From a virus, in IMG/VR virus record IMGVR_UViG_3300037808_000992, positions 1 to 64,000 of that record: DNA of 64,000 bases; one strand, written 5' to 3'. This document shows positions 1 to 9,500 of this stretch, piece after piece. Each line of letters starts with the position of its first letter. The first letter of the stretch is position 1. The notes beneath the pieces were generated by a model that saw nothing but the letters and a program-made list of their open reading frames with translations, did not search any database and was not told the DNA's origin. The translations under genes were made by a program, and so were the position numbers.

Positions 1-93
1 ACTAGATATATATCTGGTGGGGGTACCGGGGGTAATGTAGGGGCCAGAAATAAGTATTTGCGTGCGTATGAAGGGGCAAAGTAAGGTATAAAT

Positions 94-333
94 ATGTTGG
101 AGGACGCTGTGAGATCGAGAGATAAAGGTCGTTGGAACCCGTATATTGGCTTAGTAAAGAGTAAATCCGGTGAAGAAGATGAGGAACGAGATCGTTGGCA
201 AGCTTATGTCGAGGAACGAACTCAATCCAAAGACAAATCATTGAGCAAGTCGTGGAGCAACATCAACAGTCTGGTCAAGGGCATCAGTAGACGCCAAACT
301 AAGCGCGACACCTTCATTAAAATCGTAGATTAA
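94..333 (+). CDS. hypothetical protein, 79 aa
   Basis: ORF with AAGGT upstream, on the same strand as all other genes. Contains LVKS, LSKS and LVKG motifs like the downstream head-associated genes. Confidence 0.55.
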   Translation: MLEDAVRSRDKGRWNPYIGLVKSKSGEEDEERDRWQAYVEERTQSKDKSLSKSWSNINSLVKGISRRQTKRDTFIKIVD

Positions 334-413
334 TCTTCTTCACGGTCTGCTGTTTACTTTTTGAGTAAAGTTGTTTACTTTTCTAAATTAATTAATGTTA
401 GAGGTATTAAATA

Positions 414-686
414 ATGTCCGATCAAGCTAATCATTCCGACCAAGCTAATCATGTGGAGCCCTTATACAAAGCTCTATCTAATTTTATGGGTATAGAACCG
501 GATAATTCGAGTGGTCACTATATTACTACGGCTATTGGGGCTTTGGAGTATAGTTGTGCTGTTGCTCGTCAATGTGGTGTGTCAGAAGAGACTCTGCAGA
601 CCTCTTTGAGTAAAATTTGGAATCGTTTTGAGACAGAAAATGAGGAACAAGCAGATCAAGTTGCGCAGGGGTCCGTTCGGGAGTAA
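414..686 (+). CDS. hypothetical protein, 90 aa
   Basis: GAGGT Shine-Dalgarno (SD) upstream; N-terminal SDQANH duplication. Confidence 0.65.
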   Translation: MSDQANHSDQANHVEPLYKALSNFMGIEPDNSSGHYITTAIGALEYSCAVARQCGVSEETLQTSLSKIWNRFETENEEQADQVAQGSVRE

Positions 687-894
687 AGACAGGTTTAATT
701 TTCAAAAAGTTTCTCGTGATTTCGGGTGTTCTGAATACGACGACTGTTTGATGTTTGCTTGTCAGGAAAAGTGGAAAGTATTTACCTGCTCTGGATGTAC
801 TGAAGCCCTAGATTTAATCGAAGTATCCGATGATTGCGATACATCTATTGTATTTAGGCTTATCGAGGCAATCTCTCCTAGAAAGAGATGTTGA
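640..894 (+). CDS. small Cys-cluster (putative metal-binding) protein
   Basis: Motif CSEYDDCL...WKVFTCSGC. Start uncertain (TTG 628 or ATG 640); overlaps the upstream gene. Confidence 0.6.
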   Translation: MRNKQIKLRRGPFGSKDRFNFQKVSRDFGCSEYDDCLMFACQEKWKVFTCSGCTEALDLIEVSDDCDTSIVFRLIEAISPRKRC

Positions 895-983
895 GTGGGT
901 TAAAAACAGTCTTTTTATAGATGATTGACTTGTTTTTGATTTTGCACGAAACTTCAAATTGGACTTTTGTGCGGAGCTAAGCT

Positions 984-1109
984 TTGGGTTGATGCAAAAT
1001 CAGGTGTCCACGGTGTGGGCATTGGATGAAGAAGCTTTGGAATCCTAAAGATTCTAAAACAACCTGGGCCTGCTCTAATAGAACGTGTAAAGAACGTTTA
1101 GAGAGGTAA
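984..1109 (+). CDS. 41-aa zinc-ribbon protein with an in-frame TGA at codon 3 (candidate selenoprotein, or damaged 5' end); not in ORF track
   Basis: Reads MG*CKIRCPRCGHWMKKLWNPKDSKTTWACSNRTCKERLER. CPRCG...WACSxxxC is a topoisomerase-type Zn-ribbon pattern. GGAG (973-976) lies 7 nt before TTG 984; TAA at 1107-1109. Confidence 0.55.
999..1027 (+). promoter_or_regulatory. candidate bacterial SECIS-like hairpin after TGA 990-992
   Basis: ATCAGGTGTCCAC-GGT-GTGGGCATTGGAT: 12 of 13 positions pair (3 G-U). GGU loop begins 19 nt after the UGA. Confidence 0.4.
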
Positions 1110-1115
1110 AGAAGA

Positions 1116-1847
1116 ATGTCTATTGTAGCAGATCAAGCGGATAAGCGTATACGTCAGAAAGAATCACGACGATTTAAAGGTCGTAAGATTTCTCATTCCG
1201 AAATTGTACGGAGTAGAGGGGATCGTAATGCGCGTACTTTGTTAGCTTATGATCCTAAAAAGGTAGTAAGTGTAGACGGCGGTAAGGCGTCTGTTATTGC
1301 TGAGAATCCTGCATATCGTGTGTATGTGTTGTTTGTGGCTCCTCAATCTTCAACAGGTTTGAAGGAAACAACAGCAGGGCACCAGACGGTTATCGTTAAT
1401 TCAGGGATCTTGTTTTATCAACTTCGTGGAAAGAAGCGTTCAGCGAACGGTCAATTGTCTCCGGGTCAGTTTTTAGAGATTTCTAAAGGCGATGCTGTAG
1501 CGATTAGCTCAAACTCGAACAGTGTCGAGTGCATGATCATTGAAAGCTATGACCACAAAGATAAAAAGCTCTCCGAAGCCATCAGTAATGAGACTGGTAT
1601 GGAGCAGTTTATAGCTGCTCATAATCCCGGCACGGAAATTCGCAATTTAAAGAAGCGTCGTCGCAAGACAGCGGAAGAGCGTGAGGCTTACGGTAAGCAG
1701 TTGCAGCAAGCACAAGGCGTACTCCCTCCTGGAGACCGAACTGCGCTCCAGAAAAACATTGCCCGAGGTGTGCAAGACACTGTAAATATGGGTGCAGCCG
1801 TTATGGGTACTAACCCCCAACCTATTGGGGAAGATATCGGAGAGTAA
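1116..1847 (+). CDS. hypothetical protein with a probable degenerate cupin (double-stranded beta-helix) domain
   Basis: VYVLFVAPQSST...QTVIVNSGILFYQL...LSPGQFLEISKGDAVAISS...VECMIIE follows the cupin strand pattern, without clear His metal ligands. GAGG SD upstream. Confidence 0.6.
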   Translation: MSIVADQADKRIRQKESRRFKGRKISHSEIVRSRGDRNARTLLAYDPKKVVSVDGGKASVIAENPAYRVYVLFVAPQSSTGLKETTAGHQTVIVNSGILFYQLRGKKRSANGQLSPGQFLEISKGDAVAISSNSNSVECMIIESYDHKDKKLSEAISNETGMEQFIAAHNPGTEIRNLKKRRRKTAEEREAYGKQLQQAQGVLPPGDRTALQKNIARGVQDTVNMGAAVMGTNPQPIGEDIGE

Positions 1848-1850
1848 TTC

Positions 1851-3497
1851 ATGCCTTTACAAGAGGGCTCCAGCGACAAGGTAATTTCGGAAAATATCCG
1901 TCGTTGTGTGGATGAAGGGAAACGTTCCCATGATCAATGAATGGCTATCGCTTACTCAAAGGCTGGTCGTAGTCGAGTGGAGAAATCTATGTTTAAGTCA
2001 GTAGAAGAGTCTTTGAGTAAGGGACCACCCGTTGAGAAAATTAAGATGAAAAGAAGCGGAAAAGCCGCGCAGGTTATTGACAAACGGCAGGGAAAGGATC
2101 CGTGGGGTGGTAAGTTTGGTGTTGCTGTACAGGCGGTAGATGCTGCGGCAAAAAATCTAAAGACTCTCAAAACCCCTGTGTCAGTCAGAGAACCCACCCC
2201 CGTCGTTAGACGAGAGCGGCGTAAATTGGTGACCGGGCTAGAGGGTGCGCCGGTTTTGCCAAAAAGTGATCCAGCCAAGGTCTTACCCAAAAATATTTCA
2301 AAAACATCGTTGGAATCGGCATCGAAATTTAAAGCTACTCCTTTTGTTAATAAGCAGGCCGCGAAGACGTATAAAGGGCTAAGGGCTGATCCCAATAATA
2401 AGGTTCTGACTGATATGGAACTTAAAACAATAGCTAATGATGAATACGGGGTTAAGAAATCTATGTTTAAGTCAGTTGAAAATTCTATGTTTAAAGGTGT
2501 TCTCTCTACTGAAGATCGGGAAGACCTAAAAGAAAAGCAGTTTGCGCTTCCCAAGAAGGCCGAAGACAAAGAAGAGAAAGCGGAATCGGGCAACTACCCC
2601 ATCCCAGATCTATCTCACGCACGCAACGCATTGGCTATGGTAGCCCAACACGGCACTCCTGCTGAACAAGCTCAGGTTCGGGCTGCTGTGCATAAGAAAT
2701 ACCCTGAATTGGACAACCAAACAGACGAGGAGTCTAAAATGGACAAGTCATTACCTAGTACTGTAGACCCTGCGCGAGCCGCAGCGATTAATGAACCTAT
2801 TATCTCTCGCGGAAACACTACCCGCAGACAAGTCGCCGAGCACATGGCTAAGTCGTTTAATACGGGCGCACCTGTATTTGTAGAGGAACCATTTAATGGT
2901 CGATTACGTAAAGGTGTAGTTATTCCTAAAGGTCAGGGTGTAAAAGAGGCAGCAGCACAGGTTGCGAGCGAAAAAAAAGGGCGCGTTGATTCGAGTGGTA
3001 GTAAGGCCGACTTGAAGGCTGCTATACAAGCTTCTGGCCAACCCGCAACCAGTAAACAGGAGAATCTATTAACTAAGCTGAAGCCTGTACAATCAAGAAC
3101 GTTTAAGACGGTCGCCCCCCAACAACCTGGAGTCCAGGCACCTATAGTTGGGCAATCTTCTCCTGCGCGGGATGAAATGATTGCTTCTATGAAAGCCGCT
3201 CCTTCTAATACTCAAGTAGCTACCTTTATAAAGAAGATGGGCGGTTACGGGGGGCAGCTTAGTGGTGAGGCGGGTGCTAATCAAACGGTAAAGTTTGGAC
3301 GTAGCAGTGCGCAGAAGGAATTTAATAACTTTACTGATGCCCAGAAAAATCAAGTGTGGGCTGCGTTTAAGCGCGGCGTCAAAAGAACTCGCCCCTCCGC
3401 CACAGCTAAGAGCCCTGTAGTTCAGAAGTTGAGAGAGGGTTTGGGTTTGGGACAACCGAAACAAGTTGCTCCTGGTAAAGAAGTAAAACCTCGATAG
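1851..3497 (+). CDS. 548-aa basic head-associated protein with an in-frame TGA at codon 30 (candidate selenoprotein); includes a DUF6582-like module
   Basis: ATG 1851 has a GGAG SD and is in frame with the track ORF at 1941. The N-terminus MPLQEGSSDKVISENIRRCVDEGKRSHDQ*MAIAYSKAGRS is one continuous phage motif (MPL..G.S.K.IS.NI...Q..AIAYSKAG) spanning the TGA. 2499-2711 encodes LSTEDREDL...FALP...YPIPDLSHARNALAMV (DUF6582-like). Confidence 0.75.
1952..1980 (+). promoter_or_regulatory. candidate bacterial SECIS-like hairpin after TGA 1938-1940
   Basis: TTACTC-aaa-GGCT-[GGTCGT]-AGTC-GAGTGG. Stem starts 11 nt after the UGA; the G-first loop starts 24 nt after it. Confidence 0.4.
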
Positions 3498-3514
3498 GTA
3501 AGTCATGAGGTATT

Positions 3515-6500
3515 ATGGTTTACTTAAAAGACAGTTTATTTAAGGCGGTAGCCTCTGTTAAACCGCCAGTATCTATTCCACCACCTAAGGTTGAGGATGA
3601 TGAGGCTACCTCTGAAGTTGCCTCTCAAAAGACCCCTAATGTAGCTAAAAATCCTAAGGGTACGGATGGTCCTGCTGCGCGGGGCGGTCAAGTTGCAGGT
3701 ATTGCTAAACGTGGATTGGTTTATCAGTCAGAGAAGCAACGTCGTAATCCGACGTTTCCCACGGTTAATGTTCCTAAGCCTAAAAATACCCAAGTTTCTT
3801 TTAAGGTTAAAGATGTTAAGCCTGTAGCTCCTCTCAAACCCCCTCAACCACTTAAACCCCCTCAACCTTTTGAGTCACTCAAGGCGTCTATGCGCCATTA
3901 TTTGGATTTAGAAAAAGCGGAGAAGGGGTGGAATCCTACAGTTGTTACGCCAGGAAAAGAATTTACTGCAGGGGCTTCAGAAGTGGGCAATCAACCAAAG
4001 GGTCCTAACCCTAGTTTGAGCATGGGACCTACTCCTCAAGAGTTAGCGAGGAAAGAGGCTCAAGTAACTGCTACTCCAGAAGTAAAAACAGACTCTATTG
4101 AAGATGAAGGGCCTGTTGCCAAACCAATAGCGGTACAGCAAGGACCCACATCAACGCCTGAAGCAGGACCTACAGCGGCAGGACCTACAGCAGCAGGACC
4201 TACAGCAGCACCTGAAGCAGAACAGACACCACCAGCAACCAAACCAGTGTCAGCAGAGCAGACATCAGCACAGGCACCAGCAGAGCAGACATCAGCACAG
4301 GCACCAGCAGCGCCGCCAGTACCGAAGATGGTTGAGACGCCCACAGTACCAGGACAAGAGGTAAAGACGGTCAATCGTCCGTGTAGTCAAGGAACTACGG
4401 GCGGTACTTACGTTACAAAGACACCCACTGCGAATGGTTGTGCTTATATCTACAACCACCCCGAGAAGATGTCTCTTAGAGATTCAATGACGGGTAATGT
4501 TCTGCATGAGTGGGATCATAAAGATGTTCAAAATAACCAATTGGTTGTTCCCCCTAATATTGCTGAGCAACATGGGATTGACAAAGAAGCAGCTACATTG
4601 CCTCTTCGTCAAAATTGGAAAGAGCACCAACAAACAAATGTTAAATCTTCTGAGTTTGGTGAAAAGCATTTTGATAAAGATCACACTGAGGCTGTTAATC
4701 AGTGGAAGTCTGCTATAGCAAAGTTTAAAAGCAACCCTCATCACTATCACGAGGGTGGTGACGATCATGTAATTACGCAGGTGGGTCATCACGGAGCTTC
4801 TCTTTTAAATGAGCACCATGGTTCTAAATCGAAAGGGCTGGACGCATTACTTGCCGAGCATGAGCAGAAGCAAGCTAGAGTTAAAAAAGATGGGAACTTA
4901 GGTCCTGTTTACGAACAGATTAGATCTGGACAAGGGGCTGTTACTTTAGGCGGTTCCCATTCTGAGTTCCATCCTGATGCAATTAATCATATCCTCGCAC
5001 ATCCCCACGATCACTCCTTTGATGTAAGCAAGACGCCAGAGGGTCATATGACCGTCACCCTTCACGGGTACAGAGATCATGGAGATAAGCAGTGGCACGG
5101 TCGTTTAAACTCTCACGAAGCGGTTAGTCGGGTTGGGGGTCATGAGGCAGCAGCCGAACACCTCAGTAAGTATAACGATGCTCACCAAGCATTTTTTGAT
5201 GAGATTAAAGGTCGTCAAGAGCCTGTAGAGATCACCAACGAGAAGATTGTAAAACACATCACTAATAATGGTGATAAGTTTAATTTTGAGTTTATCCCCC
5301 ACGAGACGGACAAAGGGCAGGTTAAAGGGGTTCGTCTATTAGGTGTCAAACACCCCCATGCTTCGGATGAGGCGGGTGAGGGAGAGTGGGCTGGCGCTAA
5401 GCCTCCTAAAGGTGAGCGAACATTCTTACCTGCTAAAATTACTGAAGTAGAGACTAAGACAGATGTAACTGGCGCTGCGCCAGTACCGGGTGCTCCTATT
5501 AAGAAAACCCCTACACCTCCTGATTTAGGGGGTATAGAGAAGCTACCTCCAGATTTAAAAGAGGTGTTCAGGCCATTACCTCCTCAATCTACAGATCGGC
5601 AGAAGTTTGAGAAGTTAAAGCAGTGGGCTTTGGAGATGACGAAGCCAGAGCATCGACATGCTTCGGGCGGTTTGTTTAATGTGGGCGCTGCGTTAGCGTC
5701 TAAAGACATCGCAACAGCGGTTAGAGGTTTGTACAACACTGCGGCTCAAGGGATCCCCACAGTTGCGAATAACATACATGGCTCACTAGAGCGTGGTGAG
5801 AGGCGTGCGGCTCTTGAAGCCGAGCACAAGGTTTCTGAGAAAGACAAACATAAAACCAATCAATACCTTAGTGGTGAAAACTTTGGGCACTCAGATGTTC
5901 CAAAGACTGTAGGCACAACCAGTCACTGGTCTCCTAAACAACATACGCAATTTCATGCAGACTATGAAGCTCTCAGCAATGCGTATAAAGAGGACACTGA
6001 ACTCCCGAGTCATATAAAAGATCTGGTGTACGGTCACGTTTATGATCAGACCTTGCGTAAACATCGGATGACCGCTGATGTTGGAAGCGGTATCTACCAC
6101 AAGCAAACCACTCCTGCGCCTGAAGACATGGATGTGATGGATCACACCCTTAATGTAGTGGCTCACGATGCAGCACATCCTGATGAGGTAAAGAAGATAA
6201 AACAAAATATGCGTAAGTGGTCTAAAGAGACCCTTTATGAGTTTGGAGACGTACTAAGGCAGGCTCATGGGTTTGAAGACCCCCAAGACCGATACGACAT
6301 TATGATGTTGGCCCATCATAAAGGGAACACGCTGACGGGATTAGAGAATAAGACCCGTGCGATCTTTAATCGCACCCACGGCAAAGAAGTGGGTCAGATA
6401 AGCGCCAGAGATAAGTATACCGGTCCTAAGCTTTCCACCGCAGACCAACAGTGGAAGGACTACATGAAGGAAGTAGGTGCGGTAACCAAAGATTATGGGC

Positions 6501-9500
6501 GCACTCTCAAGGGCTATGAGAAGCAGATTGCGGCGTATGAAAAGAAGTACGAACACCATAAGAACAAATCGACGAAACATGATGCTGATGCTGCTGATAG
6601 GGGTAGGGAAACAGCAGTAGCCCCTGAATTACCTGCTAAAGCTCCCACAGAAGAAGCAGAAGCTACTCAAGCTGAAAAGTTATTAGGCGAGAAGAGAGAA
6701 GCTGCGGCTAAGAAGGAAACACCCTGGTGGCACAGCGAAGATGTTAACGAGAGTAGGACGTTTAAGCATGGAGTTCACCCTGATCAGAATGTAGGTAAGG
6801 TTATTGTTGATGATGTAACCGGCCAAAGGGGAGTCGTTGTCAGTGTTCACCCCGGTGATGATCAGACAAAGCCGCAGTACGGAATTAAGTTTATTAATGC
6901 CAATGCGCCCATACCGAAGACTAAAGAAGAGTTTCTTAAGTTAGAAGAGTCTGGAGATCACGTTACTACTGATCACCGTGATATTGATCGAGTTCATCTG
7001 AGTCACCAAGCGGGTACAGCAGCAACACCCTCTACAAATTCTGGAGTAGGTACCCATTGGAACTGGTCTAAGGTAGCGGCAGAGCATGTACCAGATGAGG
7101 CGAGATTTGCTAAGTATTCAGCAGAGTTAGGCAAGATTAAAAAAGAATTAAATATTGATCAGCCGCCTACTAAAGAGGAGATGGACCAGAAAGTTAAGGG
7201 TATGTCTTTGCATGAAAAGATAGAGGCGCGTAAGAGGGACGAGCTTAAAGGTGAACATAAAAAGAGTGTTGATAAACATTTTAAAGATAAGTCTGACAAA
7301 CAACTATCTGGCGAGTTCGAGGTTAAAGGTAATCCCAAATACAATGTAGGAACCGGGATTAGGCGTACAGACGGTACTTCGTTTATGATTAAACATTACG
7401 AAGGCCCAAACTCAGAACACCCCAATCGAAGTGAGTATATCACTGAAGAATTAGATGAAAATGGGAAGCTAGTTGAGGGTAAGATTTCTGCTTTAGAGCT
7501 TACTAAGCGTACTACTGGGGAGTCTAGGTGGAACGCTAGAAAACCAACGTGGCACCCTAGTTACTATGAAGATTTAAACACAAATCCAGATGCAAAATCT
7601 CGTTTTGAGAAAGATAGAGATTTAGAAGTTGCAGCACGGACTAGTAAGAAAGCTAAAGATGACACTCCGCTACCTACAAATCCTGAGGAATTAACCGAAG
7701 AGCATTTGACGCATCGTCCGAGAGCCCGTGTATCGTTTGATTTAGTAACTGAGGATTTACCCCACTCTAAAGAGATTGCGCACGGGATCTTTGGAGAGCA
7801 TGTACAGAATCTTAAAGATAAGGGAGTTCTCAAAGAAGAGTGGAGCATTCCTTTAGGCTACTCACATGGTGATGTAGATACGATGCCACAGCGATGGGCG
7901 CATTGGATTGCTCAAGTTGATGAGGCGGATAAAAATTATCTCGATGAAGAAGACCATGCGAGGTTCCACACAGCGCAGCAGGTATTTACAGAGCGTAAGA
8001 AAAAGTTACTAGATGAATACCGAGATACAATTAAGGCTGCGGCAGACTCTGGAGATGATAAGGCGTTAAAGAATAACCTCAATGCCTTTAGAGCCCGGTT
8101 GGTATTTGGAGAAGGTGGTTATCAAGATTTTGCAAATGTACTTAGAGGGTTAAAGACTAAAGTTAGAGACCGTAAGTACCAAGATAATCTTCCTTATAAT
8201 GATCCTTATGTAACTGCTGACGGCAGTGGTGCTGCTAAAGAGCTTACGAAGCTTAGACAGGATGCCCCTGAAGGTGTGGACACTAGCAAGCGCAGCATGA
8301 AAGCTAGTCTTGAGCTTGTGGAAGATTTGAAGGGCAAAGATGTAAGCATTACCGAAGATATTAAGGTTGAAGAGCCAGCAGACGTTGCCATGGCGGCAAA
8401 AGGACCTGGTAAAGAAAAAGCACCTACAGGTACAGAAGAAGCTCCTGTTGAGATGTCTAGATCTACTAAACGTAGGATTACGCAGGTTGGTAAGGATATA
8501 CAAACCCAATCTAGAGTTATTGAAAAGAAGCGAAAATCTTCTTTATACGACAACTTTAAAGCTGACATCGAAGCGCACCCCGATCACTTTAATGCTGAAG
8601 TAACAGATGACTCCATTACGATTCACGGTGTTAAAAACCATAAGACAGGTGAGTGGCATGGCCAGGAGTCTGTTGTTACCAAAGAGACGCCTGCTGCTGA
8701 AAGTGGGGATTTATCAGGCGGTATAAAAATTGAAGGCTCTGATAAAACCTATCGAATTACACCGGATGGCGTGGTTGAGTGGTTTACACCTAAGAACGAG
8801 TGGAGTTCGGTTAAAAATCTATCCATAAAAGATAAGGTTAAAGAGGCAGCAGGCGGCATTACGCCTAAGGTTAAGACCATCCCTTCTTCTGAACCAGAGT
8901 CTGAAGAATCTGACGATTATCGGGTGCAACATCAGCCAGCAGAAGATGGAGCGAGTGGTCACGAGATCGGAACCACAGATCATTTTCCAAAAGATATTCT
9001 TCAACACCCGGAGTTGTACACTACTCCGCTGGAACTTAGTGAAGTTAAAAAGTTTTGGCCTAAGATTGTAGCAGGGTCAGGTGATCCAGATGCAAAGATT
9101 ACTATTTATCGAGCAATGCCAAAGTCAGCGGGGAGTATCCTTGAAACTGGTAATTGGGTTACGCCGTCCAAGGCTTACGCTGAGCAACATGCCTACGGGG
9201 AAAAAGATTGGCATATCGTAGCCCACGAAGTTCCGCTTAAAGATATACGGTGGGATGGTAATAGCCTTATGGAGTGGGGCTACTTTGGCGCTGATAAAAC
9301 TAAGAAGGGTCCTGAATCTCAGTTTGCAAAGCATGGTAGGTATCTTTACCCAGTAGATGCTGAGGGGAATCCTGACACTGCAGAGAGTTCCGTACACAAG
9401 GTAGAGATTAATGGAGAACCTCGTTATATAACCCATGTCTTTGATGAACATTTAAATAGTAAGATATTTTATGAGTATAAAAAGGGTGCCGCTGACCCCC

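Noticed and set aside
87-94. TATAAATA as a T4-type late promoter (similar TATAAATG at 25381 and 46490)
   Set aside because: Two of the three instances abut or overlap start codons, leaving no room for a leader. Too few occurrences to support.
889-945. Third possible Sec site: ...RKRC-TGA-V-G-TAA with a long hairpin after the TGA
   Set aside because: The hairpin starts immediately at the stop and its loop is U-rich, without a leading G. Nothing conserved lies beyond the TGA, so an ordinary stop is sufficient.
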